The notes under the pieces are model-generated. The model made no database searches and was not told the DNA's origin. It saw nothing but the letters and a program-made list of their open reading frames with translations. A program made the translations under genes and the position numbers. From Paraphysomonas bandaiensis (taxonomy: Eukaryota > Protista > Chrysophyceae), in assembly GCA_965644295.1 (NCBI GenBank), contig CBFFRP010000645.1, forward strand, positions 124,001-188,000: a stretch of 64,000 nucleotides of DNA, read 5' to 3'. Shown piece after piece: positions 38,525-48,282 of this stretch. Numbering within the stretch: position 1 is the first letter of the stretch; every line of letters begins with the position of its first letter.

Positions 38525-38744
38525 TGTTCAACACCACTCATTTACTACTTTACTACTGTAGTGTACAAACCACAGCCTCAGTAATCGTATCCTGTATAGC
38601 TGTATAGTCACCAACTTCTACTTCAGTTTCATACTACACAATATAATGTACTCATTACATATATATCTTTCGATCCTTGTATCTCACATAATACTGCACT
38701 CAATAGCAAGTATATAGAATCTTCAGATCTCAACACTCCCCCTC
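38525..38744 (-). mobile_element. 3' LTR (about 38525-38735) and polypurine tract of the decayed copia element
   Basis: Minus strand reads GAGGGGGAG|TGTTGAG at 38744-38729, downstream of RNase H. The distal LTR boundary is uncertain. Confidence 0.6.
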
Positions 38745-39054
38745 AATTGAGTGTTGTACCATGACGCCTCCTAGCTATTGTATGCCTGAGATAAAAATTC
38801 TTGACAGTAAAATAGACTCATCTCTAAGTCTAAACCTCTGTCTAAAAACTCAGTGCCTACTTGCGTCTTCTTTATCTCTTGGTCCCTCATTAATCACTTC
38901 AATGGAACTCTTAATTTTCTCTCCAAGATTCTCCTTCTCTGCTCCATGTATGATAAACCAACCAATGACTTTGTACAAATATCTGCTGCTTGTTGCGATG
39001 TATGCACATGCACTAACTTAATCGTATTGAACTGATTGGGATCCACGTGCTCTC

Positions 39055-40730
39055 TCACCATGTGATACATAATCTTAATATGTGCTTCGACTTCTTGTGA
39101 AACGCTGGGTTTTCGGCCAAATCCTGGGCACTCTGACTGTCGATGAAGAATGGTGCGGGTCTGATGAGCCTCAACTTATTCTCACCCGTCACCCCCCGAA
39201 CCCATAGCACTTCTTGGAGACCCGAGTAAATACACTGATACTCAGACTGCATGCTTGACGTTGCCACTGTCGTCTGCAATTTGGACTGCCAGACTATAGG
39301 CCCTCCCGCTGCAAACCCAACGTACCCCGACGTGGACTTCCTGGACAGCTGGTCTCCCGCCCAATCTGCGCAGAAAGCATATGGAAGTCGAACCGTCTGC
39401 TCCCATATTGAATCCCTTTGTCAATAGAGCCACGAATATATTGCCATACGTATGTTAATAACTTGCATACTTCAATATTCACCTCATTACTGAACCGAGA
39501 CAGTACTCTCCGACTGCATGCTTGACGTTGCCACTGTCGTCTGCAATTTGGACTGCCAGACTATAGGCCCTCCCGCTGCAAACCCAACGTACCCCGACGT
39601 GGACTTCCTGGACAGCTGGTCTCCCGCCCAATCTGCGTCAGAAAACATATGGAAGTCGAACCGTCTGCTCCCATATTGAATCTCTTTGTCAATAGAACCA
39701 CGAATATATTGCCATACATATGTTAATAGTTTGCATACTTCAATATTCACCTCATTACTGAACCGAGACAGTACTCCCATTGCATAGGCAATATCCGGCC
39801 TCGTGTTCATCGATAGATATAGTATTGCACCTATCAGCGGCTCAGCGGTCGATATGGGAAGTTATCTACTATAAGCTGTTCCTCCTCGGTATGCTCATGC
39901 CACGCCCCTTTTGCCACTAAATCTACATATTGCTTCCGCTGGTAGAGGACTCGTCCGTACCTTCCGCGGTGGCCCAAGGTTCTTTTCAAACTTTTCTAAG
40001 ATCTTAGCCGCATATAGGATTGGTCATGACGAATATACTCTGGCGTCCTTGTGACTCGAACATTCAGAAAATGTTCCATCTTGCCCATGTCCTTCATATC
40101 AAATCGGGCACACAGTTGAGCTTTAATATCCTTCACTATATTGACATCACGACCTAAAGCTAGGATATCATCCACATATATCATTAATAATACCAATTCA
40201 ACGCCCTTATACTGATAATACAAACACGGGTCTATTACACATGGTTTAAAATGCATAGATCGTATGAATTTATCCAATGTTTTCCACCACGACCGCGAGG
40301 AACTCCGAAGCCCGTATAACAACATCTTCAACTTAAAGCAGTACCCCTTAGGCAGCTGAAAGTACGGAGTTGCCTTCATATATACGTCCCCCTCTATATC
40401 TGCATATTGAAATGCGTTAGACACACCCAGTTGATGAATTACCATGTTCACCACGAAGGCTATGGATTAACAGTCGCACTGTTACCCCCATAATAACGGG
40501 AGCAAAATGGTTCGCCCAAGCACTCGACTGCTGTCCACAACCGATTGCTACAAGACGAGCCTTATATCGGCGGACCTCTCCCGCCTTATCGTACATCTTT
40601 CCATAGACGTACTTGGAGTGCAGTGGGACGACTCCGTCCGGTATACGAGTCACCTCCACGGTGTCTCGCTTCGCCAGACCCTCTCGCTCTGCTCGTCTCC
40701 ACTCCCTGTGCTCGGCACTCTCCAAGGGCT
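39055..40730 (-). pseudogene. Decayed Ty1/copia reverse transcriptase + RNase H
   Basis: YKARLVA, LYGLRSS, MIYVDDIL, TRPDIAYA, FSDADWAGD..RKSTSG, SSMQSEY, IDSQSA, KSKHI, spread over several frames (frameshifts). Confidence 0.92.
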
Positions 40731-41789
40731 TGTGACCACGTGGCATTTCACATGCCTCAGTCACGTGTCTATAGTAAGTGCAAAACTACTAACTACGGGA
40801 TGAAGACAGAGACGATAGAAGTATCAGAAACATATCATTATTACGCTACAGATTACTGAAGAACTAGCACTAGGACTGGAGGTACAATTTCCCATAATCT
40901 GCCAACAGCTCTTCGCCGGCCGCAACTGCCCGAGTGGTCTGCACCCAGACCACGTCCAAGCCGGACTCATCTACTACAAATTCGCAGTTGAAGCGCCAGC
41001 CAGCAGCATGGTCAGAAGGATACACCGTGTTTATATACCTACCATGATTATGAGGCACCCGGGCCAAATAAGCTTGGGACCCCAGCGGCCAAAGGTAACC
41101 CATGTCCCGAGTGTCCCGCTCCGCATCTATATAGAAGTCCTTAGCCATCTCAAGTATATATGCTCCCCAGCTGGGACGGGAGGTATACACTTCACCGCTG
41201 TAGAGGCAGAAACGCAGTCCTAGCTCTAAATCCTGTAAGGAGAATAAACCTTGCTGTTCAGGCTTATCGCCCTGAGGGTTGGTGGATCTGTAGTGGCAGA
41301 CATTGTTTATGCAGCAATGGATATGATGTATGTATCTGATGTGGACATTGGTTCTTAGTCTGAGATAGTAGATGTAGGAAAAGCATCATACGGTATGCTG
41401 CACACTCACATACATGTTGGTCCATTGTAATACAGTAGCAGTACTCTGAATACGCAGTATTCAACGGCTAATTTACAAACTGGCGAGTGTGGTGTGTGGT
41501 GTCATCGCGAGTGTGGTGTGTTGTGCTTGTTCTATGTTGCATTGCTTTACAGCTCAGTGTTTTGTTAAGTGTTGTTCTGTTTGTACACTAGTGTTCTGAC
41601 TTCACTGGAGGTGGGGTTTGCGCGGTGATTCTTGGAGGGAGTCACTAGTACAAGCTTGCAACGCTTGACATACTGTTTAGAGTAATAATCATCCTGTTCT
41701 CCTGCAATCAGACGTACATATAGCTCTGGTTAACTCATTGTGTTTGTTTCTGCTGCACAGCCTTGGTTATCAAACCTGGCTGTGTCATA
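40731..41789 (+). repeat. Gypsy 5' LTR (1059 bp)
   Basis: Direct repeat of 48283-49341; no differences noticed by eye and ORF translations are identical. Confidence 0.95.
40870..41385 (-). CDS. SET-domain protein encoded antisense within the 5' LTR (stop-to-stop frame; true start unresolved)
   Basis: Extending the listed 106-aa ORF upstream gives ...YRSTNPQGDKPEQQGLFSLQDLELGLRFCLYSGEVY...YIDA...GRYINT...NCEF...VWVQTTRAVAAGEELLADYGKLY, i.e. the SET motifs in canonical order. Confidence 0.8.
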   Translation of the reverse strand, partial: CFSYIYYLRLRTNVHIRYIHHIHCCINNVCHYRSTNPQGDKPEQQGLFSLQDLELGLRFCLYSGEVYTSRPSWGAYILEMAKDFYIDAERDTRDMGYLWPLGSQAYLARVPHNHGRYINTVYPSDHAAGWRFNCEFVVDESGLDVVWVQTTRAVAAGEELLADYGKLYLQS

Positions 41790-42316
41790 GTAATTAATTA
41801 CTGAAAAAAGCAGATCAGCGCTGATAGTAATTGTTACACATACAACTCATTTTGCAATATTTGCAACACTTGTTATTCTTGCACATTAGAATACTGAGCT
41901 TGGCCTTTATTAGCCTCCTCATATTCGAATAGTTCTTAGAGTCTATAGATTGCATACCAGTGCAAGCTTAGGAATTAAGGAGTGATATCTTGCAGTGTTT
42001 GAGAATACATATCCGTGAGCGCGGACTCCGTTAGACTGCGTCGTTAAGAGTGTACCTTGAACACTGCAACAAACTCAACATTTTGGAAAACTGCTCTTAT
42101 CGCATTGACAACTGACCGTCTGCGAAATGAGTGGATACCTCAATTATTGAGTGGGTGAGATAGACCTTGTAAGAGACTTGCAATACAATTTTATCGCATA
42201 GACAACTGACTGCCTGCGAAATACTTGTACAGCAATATCTACATAGTTTGATCTTGCGATAGCTCCAATAAACCTGAGCCCAAGCTGTCCTGTAATTAAT
42301 AAGACCGCAATTCAAA

Positions 42317-44119
42317 ATGTCTACTCCTAGTGGCAAAAGGACCAGCAAGAAGCCGTCCACTGCTCCACGGCGTCCTAAACCAGTGGTACAGGAGGACTCA
42401 CCAGATAAAATAGATGAAAGTCAATACGAAGAAGCGCCCATGATACCTTCACCTTCTGCCCCAGCATCCTCAGCAACCCAACAGATTCTGGACTCAGTAC
42501 AGGAGATCCAAGGCACCCTGGGACAAGTAGCCTTTGCGATATCCAACCTAGACAGTAGGGTACAAGCTCTGGAGAGTTCTAAGAGAGCAGATACACCTGA
42601 TTCATCAGACACCCAGAGTGATGACACACCTGATTCATTCAGCAGCAAGGGCAGTAAAGCAAATACCACACCCAGGGGAGTCACTAAGCGTGCTAAGAAA
42701 GACCGACCAAAACCCCGTTATTCCACTTTAGGAGATCTGGCTACATTCAGGAGATTGCCAGAGAAGAAAGAGCAACTGAGTGAGGAGAGCTCCGACTCAG
42801 AGCTTGAGGAAGAGGCAGAAGAACATTTGGGGCGTCTTGCCAGTGTTTTTGGAGAGAAACGTCCAGGAAAGTTCTTCCGGAATTTGAAACGCAGCGCCAA
42901 GGTGGCCCAAGCTAAGACTGTCAATATAACTAGGCTGGAGAAGAAGTGTCACGTCAGGATCGAGACATTCAAACTTGGTAGAGTTTCAAGGGCGATCAAG
43001 GAGATTCTGGATTTCCAAGAAGAGGAAGAAACAGAAGTCCGCATCCAGAAAGTTTTATCTAGAAACCTGAAGGATCACTTGCGTTCCGTCTATGATATTC
43101 AACACGCAGAATTAGCTAGCATGGACATATCTGACCTCATGAGAATCGTAGCCCTAGAGACGAAAGTTTTCAGCTGTGTTGGGTTTTACAACGAGCTGAA
43201 AGAATCTCTCAGCCATATGAAGGTCATGGAGTGGGACAATGTCAACGCTGTCAATTTTGAAGCCTTCTATTTTCAACAACTTCGTTTGATAGAATCCTTT
43301 AAAAGGATGTTGTCTATCATGTTGGAAAATGAAAGCAACAGGCGTTGGTGTCCACAGGCTGACGACAAGGAATACGGCCTTATTAGGCTATTTAAAACCC
43401 TGAACGACGTCACATATGTGAAATTTGTTCTAGGTTGTATTCCGAAGAAGAAGTTCGACTTTATGGAAGACTTCTTCAAACTATATACGGAGGTACTGTT
43501 AGACCATTACCAGATCACGATTGCTTATAAACAGTTGCCCTTCAAAGCAACCGTGCAACATCAGGCGAAGTATGAGGAATACATGAAGCGCAAGCGTGAA
43601 ATGTTTTCTAGACCTAAGTCTGGAGTGGCAAAGAATTCCACTAGCACCCACTCTTCTACCAGGTTATTTAACATGGAAGAGGAACGGGCTTCTTTTTCTT
43701 CCAATGAATTTTCTCATGATGAAGAAGATTTATGGGATGCCTATGGGGATACATGGAAAAGCAACAACCACAGTACCGATGTTCCTACTGGCGGCAAACC
43801 TAATGGCGAGCCAGCGACCGAAACTTCTGAAGAGAAAGATACATCCGACTCAGAAGGAGCTTTGCAAGCTATGGATGGCCAGAATCCATCTCATAAACCC
43901 AAACAAGAGAAGTATGGGTGCATGAGAAAAATCATGTATGGCAAGTGCGACAAGAGTGATTGTCGTTATAGCCATAATCCTAGAGCTCTCGCCAATACCG
44001 CTTCGGAATTGGCTGAGAAATCCCAAGCTTATTTGAAGACCACTTCTTCAACTTCGGGGTCTCAGGATAAACCTCCTGCTATTTTAAGGAGAGATCGCTT
44101 CGGCGACTCTCGTCCTTGA
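42317..44119 (+). CDS. gag: Gypsy Gag-like protein with C-terminal CCCH finger
   Basis: 600-aa ORF between 5' LTR and pol; CMRKIMYGKCDKSDCRYSH near the end. Confidence 0.85.
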   Translation: MSTPSGKRTSKKPSTAPRRPKPVVQEDSPDKIDESQYEEAPMIPSPSAPASSATQQILDSVQEIQGTLGQVAFAISNLDSRVQALESSKRADTPDSSDTQSDDTPDSFSSKGSKANTTPRGVTKRAKKDRPKPRYSTLGDLATFRRLPEKKEQLSEESSDSELEEEAEEHLGRLASVFGEKRPGKFFRNLKRSAKVAQAKTVNITRLEKKCHVRIETFKLGRVSRAIKEILDFQEEEETEVRIQKVLSRNLKDHLRSVYDIQHAELASMDISDLMRIVALETKVFSCVGFYNELKESLSHMKVMEWDNVNAVNFEAFYFQQLRLIESFKRMLSIMLENESNRRWCPQADDKEYGLIRLFKTLNDVTYVKFVLGCIPKKKFDFMEDFFKLYTEVLLDHYQITIAYKQLPFKATVQHQAKYEEYMKRKREMFSRPKSGVAKNSTSTHSSTRLFNMEEERASFSSNEFSHDEEDLWDAYGDTWKSNNHSTDVPTGGKPNGEPATETSEEKDTSDSEGALQAMDGQNPSHKPKQEKYGCMRKIMYGKCDKSDCRYSHNPRALANTASELAEKSQAYLKTTSSTSGSQDKPPAILRRDRFGDSRP

Positions 44120-44134
44120 GATAAGGAGGTTAAC

Positions 44135-47100
44135 ATGATTGAGGACCTAGAAGAACATGTGATCAGTGTTTGTGATGGGAATGATGATTGTGATTATCTC
44201 CCAGAGGCTAAAACATTGAATACTACTTCTTCAAAGGTCCATTTCAAGGATGGAGCTAAGCTGTATGCTTCATATCCTTCAGCCAAGAAATTTTCATCAG
44301 CACATACTGTAGGTAGAGTAATTATAGACAAGAAGTTCGGAGTGGAAGAATTAGTGAAAGTTTTATGTGACACAGGAGCCCTATCCGCTAACTACGTAGC
44401 ACGTGATCTTGTGGATAGATTGCGTACCAAGCTAGAACCTAGCAGGTTCTACAAGGTCAAACACCGTGTGGTTTTGGCAGACAGTAGAACCGTAAAGGAT
44501 CTTGACGAAGGGGTTCGATTGAACTTAGTGTTTACCGATCCCAAGAGTCACACTTACCAGTACACTGGTGAGTTCATCGTGATCGACATGTCATCTAATG
44601 ACATTATTTTGGGACTACCAGCCCTCACTGGGAAGCTATACCCTTTCATGTGTGCTGTCATGGAGCAGGCCCATGAGAATCATCTCGAAGATTCGGCTCA
44701 AGGGAACCATAATTTGAGTGCCCTACAAAATGAGGACATGGAATCCAGAGAGGAACACCGACGTCCCTGGAGTAAAGCGAATGATGCTATCGCTCCAGAA
44801 GATAACGAGACTGAGTTACCCGTTCAATTCAAAGATGCTTTGACATTCCTCGGAAAGTCTAGAGAGGAAGCTCTTAACGACTACTATGAACAAATAGAAA
44901 CTCACGTCAGTCAGGAGATGAAACAAGAGACCAACATTATGGATCTCTTATCTTCCAAAGCTGAGAAGGTATTCGTGCCTGATGAGTGGACAGGAGTCCG
45001 AGGTGTTGACCCTTTGACTCTTAAGTGGAAAGAAACTTTACCTGAAAGAATGAAACCCAGAGCCAGGCCGATCAACCCTAAGCTCTGGGAAGCATCCGAA
45101 AAGGAGTTCAGGAGACTATGTGGTTATTTTTACCAGAAGAGCAGATCTCCTTGGGCTTCATGCTTGGTGGTTGCTCCCAAGGCTACTCCACCTTATATCC
45201 GATTCTGCGGGGATTATGTTAACATCAACAAGCACATGCAAGTGGGTAATTATACAATTCCCAATGTCAAGCATGAATTGGACAAGATCATCAATTTCCC
45301 ATTGTATATGGATATCGACTTGACCAACGCTTTCCATCAGATACCTCTAGCGGAAGAAACATCAGAGAGGCTTTCTATCCAGACGCCATGGGGCCAATAT
45401 GCGCCAAAGTTCATGCCAGAAGGTATTGCGCCGGCTACTGGAATTCTGCAAGAGGTAGTCAGGGAAATATTTGAAGATTTTTCTGACTGGGCCATTGTAA
45501 TATTTGACAACATGTTGATATTGGCCAACGACCCTCAAGATGCGTATCAGAAATTTGAGAAAGTGATTGACAGATGCATCGAGAGGAATCTCAAACTGAA
45601 AATGCCAAAGAGTTGGCTTGGATTTAGAAAAGTAGACTTCTTCGGATACGTATGCAGACACAAATCCTATGAAGTCAATCCTGAGAAGAAGGAAGCCCTA
45701 GGCAAAATCCCAATGCCTACCAACACCAAACAAGCGAGGTCTCTGCTTGGCAAGGGCGTGTTCTTTTCCAGTTTTACCCCTAGATATTCAGACTTGGTTG
45801 CTCATCTCACAGATTTGACCAAATCGAAATTCAATTGGGACAAGACTACGTGGCGGCACGATTATGAGGCTGAATATCGTCGCTTCATAAAAGGCCTGCA
45901 AGATTCCTGCGAATTGTTCTACCCAGACTACAATTTGGAGTGGACACTGCGTACTGACGCTAGTGAGCTAGGAATCGGCTCGGTGCTTCTGCAGAAAAAG
46001 ATTCTCGCAGATGGAACAGAGCAGTTGCAACCCATTGCCTTCCTATCAAAGAAGTTTTCAGCTCAGGCTCAGAAATGGGCTACGATAGAGCAAGAAGCTT
46101 ATGGTATTTACTACAGTGTCAAGCACTTAGCGTACTATTTGATTGGGAAGCAGTTCACTATAGAGACTGACCACAATAATCTCTTGTGGATGGAGTCGTC
46201 TGAAGTACCTAAGATCACAAGATGGAGAATTTTCTTGCAATCTTTCAACTTCAGCATTAAACACATATCGGGTGCCAAGAATTGGTTAGCCGATTGGTTA
46301 TCTCGGGAGCATCAAGTTGCGGCGTTGTCCGGTATATTCTTAGATGAAGACTATGCCGATGCCTACTTCCTTGGAGAGGACTGCACTGAGGATGAATTTT
46401 TTAACTTCTTGGGCAATTTTATGAACCCAGAAGACAGGGAAGTATCTCCTCATGCGCAAAGTTCAGTCACTCCCGAGGATGCCTTGCAACAAGTACATAA
46501 TGCCCGAGTTGGACATCTCGGTGGGCGAGCCACTTGGATTCGACTTAATAAGCAATTCCCCGGCCATGGAATTCCTTACAAAGTAGTCGAAGACTTCATT
46601 GCGAAGTGTCCAAACTGTGTTAAGACTAGATTGGCGATGAAAGAAGCGCTGATCCCTATAGTCCGAAACCTTAAGCCTCCGAGCGCTCGGAGTGCTATTG
46701 GTATTGATGCGGTAGAAATCACACCCCATGGTGCTGATGGATACACGCACATTAATGTCGTAGTCAACCTGTTCACCAAGTTAGTTTATCTTGAGCCAGT
46801 CAAAGGAGTGACTGCCCTCAACTTGGCAAACACGGTATGGAAGTATTGGAGTTACTACGGACACACTGATCTTATCATCTCAGATCAGGGTCCTGACCTA
46901 ACTTCCGATCTTTTCAAACAACTGACTGAATATATGGGCGTCCGACACACCTTCAGCATAGCCAACAGGCATGCTAATGGTTGTGAACGCATCATCGGTG
47001 AGGTGGTCCGACATTTGCGTGCCCTAGTATATGAAAACAGCAAGCGTGTAGAACGAAAGGATGTTTTTGAGGATCCCAGCTGGATACCCAGCGCTCAATA

Positions 47101-48100
47101 CATTCTGAATTCAGAAGTCTCATCCGAGACGGGGTACTCACCCTTTGAGCTCACTTTTGGCTCTAATGATCTGGAATATTTAACTATGAATATACAGACT
47201 TTGCCTGAGCGTGCACACGCCAGACTGACTGCTCTTAATGAACAGTTAGAAGGCCTACGGGCGGCTTCCAAAACTTACCAGCAGCAGTTAGCGAGTGAAC
47301 GTGCTGGGGAGGGAGTTCACCCGGACAAGCAGAACCGATATCAACCGGGCGACTTCATTTTATTTGACAAAGGCGCCAAGGTTCATCCCAAGATGTCACA
47401 TCGATACATGGGACCTTTTGTTGTTAAGACCCAGTACAAAAATGACATTGATTGTCAGCACCTTGCTACAGGGCAAGTGGTACGTGTTTCAGTGACAGAC
47501 GTCAAACTGTTTCCAGGTGATAGAGAAACTGCGTACAGCATGGCTCTACGAGACCAGGATCAGCATGTCATTGACAAGATTCTCTACTATCGGGGTGACA
47601 GAGAGTCACGCTCCACTTTGACTTTTACTGTGAGATTTCAGGATGGTGATGTCAGAGAAGTGCCTTATAGCAAGGACCTTTTTGACTCAGTGCCTTACGC
47701 GGACTTTTGTTCCAGCAAACGGTACCTCTACCACCTGATTTATCCAGCGGAGGGTGCCAAGAAATATATCTCGGACATCCGACGCCAGTCTATCACTCAG
47801 TTCAAACCCGGTGACCATGCATATGTTGACCTACGCATTTATGGCGACGTATGGTACGACGGACTGCAGTTACCAGACTCCCACTTACTGACCTATGTAG
47901 CTCCGATCCAGTTCACACACTGGTATCATCGAAGCTCTAGGAGAGTATTATCCGTCAAGGATCTTCTCACTCTCCGCACTTACCGTTATGACAACTACCT
48001 CGTGCATTGTTTCGTTCACCCTGAACTAGACACTAGCACTATGGTACTCGTCGACAAGGACTTGGCTACACGCTACCCTCAAGTCCTTGAGTCCGCTTAG
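44135..48100 (+). CDS. pol: Gypsy Pol: protease, RT, RNase H, integrase, chromodomain-like C-terminus
   Basis: LCDTGA; PWAS..RFCGDY, DLTNAFHQI, MPEG, IFDN; TDAS, EQEAY, ETDH, ADWLSR; H..H..CPNC, IDAV, SDQG, CER; GPF; HVIDKILYYRG..FTVRF. Confidence 0.97.
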   Translation: MIEDLEEHVISVCDGNDDCDYLPEAKTLNTTSSKVHFKDGAKLYASYPSAKKFSSAHTVGRVIIDKKFGVEELVKVLCDTGALSANYVARDLVDRLRTKLEPSRFYKVKHRVVLADSRTVKDLDEGVRLNLVFTDPKSHTYQYTGEFIVIDMSSNDIILGLPALTGKLYPFMCAVMEQAHENHLEDSAQGNHNLSALQNEDMESREEHRRPWSKANDAIAPEDNETELPVQFKDALTFLGKSREEALNDYYEQIETHVSQEMKQETNIMDLLSSKAEKVFVPDEWTGVRGVDPLTLKWKETLPERMKPRARPINPKLWEASEKEFRRLCGYFYQKSRSPWASCLVVAPKATPPYIRFCGDYVNINKHMQVGNYTIPNVKHELDKIINFPLYMDIDLTNAFHQIPLAEETSERLSIQTPWGQYAPKFMPEGIAPATGILQEVVREIFEDFSDWAIVIFDNMLILANDPQDAYQKFEKVIDRCIERNLKLKMPKSWLGFRKVDFFGYVCRHKSYEVNPEKKEALGKIPMPTNTKQARSLLGKGVFFSSFTPRYSDLVAHLTDLTKSKFNWDKTTWRHDYEAEYRRFIKGLQDSCELFYPDYNLEWTLRTDASELGIGSVLLQKKILADGTEQLQPIAFLSKKFSAQAQKWATIEQEAYGIYYSVKHLAYYLIGKQFTIETDHNNLLWMESSEVPKITRWRIFLQSFNFSIKHISGAKNWLADWLSREHQVAALSGIFLDEDYADAYFLGEDCTEDEFFNFLGNFMNPEDREVSPHAQSSVTPEDALQQVHNARVGHLGGRATWIRLNKQFPGHGIPYKVVEDFIAKCPNCVKTRLAMKEALIPIVRNLKPPSARSAIGIDAVEITPHGADGYTHINVVVNLFTKLVYLEPVKGVTALNLANTVWKYWSYYGHTDLIISDQGPDLTSDLFKQLTEYMGVRHTFSIANRHANGCERIIGEVVRHLRALVYENSKRVERKDVFEDPSWIPSAQYILNSEVSSETGYSPFELTFGSNDLEYLTMNIQTLPERAHARLTALNEQLEGLRAASKTYQQQLASERAGEGVHPDKQNRYQPGDFILFDKGAKVHPKMSHRYMGPFVVKTQYKNDIDCQHLATGQVVRVSVTDVKLFPGDRETAYSMALRDQDQHVIDKILYYRGDRESRSTLTFTVRFQDGDVREVPYSKDLFDSVPYADFCSSKRYLYHLIYPAEGAKKYISDIRRQSITQFKPGDHAYVDLRIYGDVWYDGLQLPDSHLLTYVAPIQFTHWYHRSSRRVLSVKDLLTLRTYRYDNYLVHCFVHPELDTSTMVLVDKDLATRYPQVLESA

Positions 48101-48282
48101 AGCACGGGACCAATCAACTTACACGTGACCTTCCAACTCCAACGCTCCTCTGCTGCACCTTCGTTTTGATGGCTAATTTTTAGTTCCGTTGAAATTTGTG
48201 GGCCGCAGAGTGACGCCCGTCTTCATCATTTCGCATAATACTTATATCAAACAAAAAAAAAAAAAAAAGGGAGGCGGGGCAA

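Noticed and set aside
38302-38541. Possible transposase remnant next to the hAT-like end
   Set aside because: No convincing catalytic or dimerisation motif could be read in any frame.
44121-44137. Perfect Shine-Dalgarno-like TAAGGAGGT before the pol ATG
   Set aside because: Nuclear eukaryotic retroelement; the sequence reads as in-frame codons D-K-E-V and is probably coincidental.
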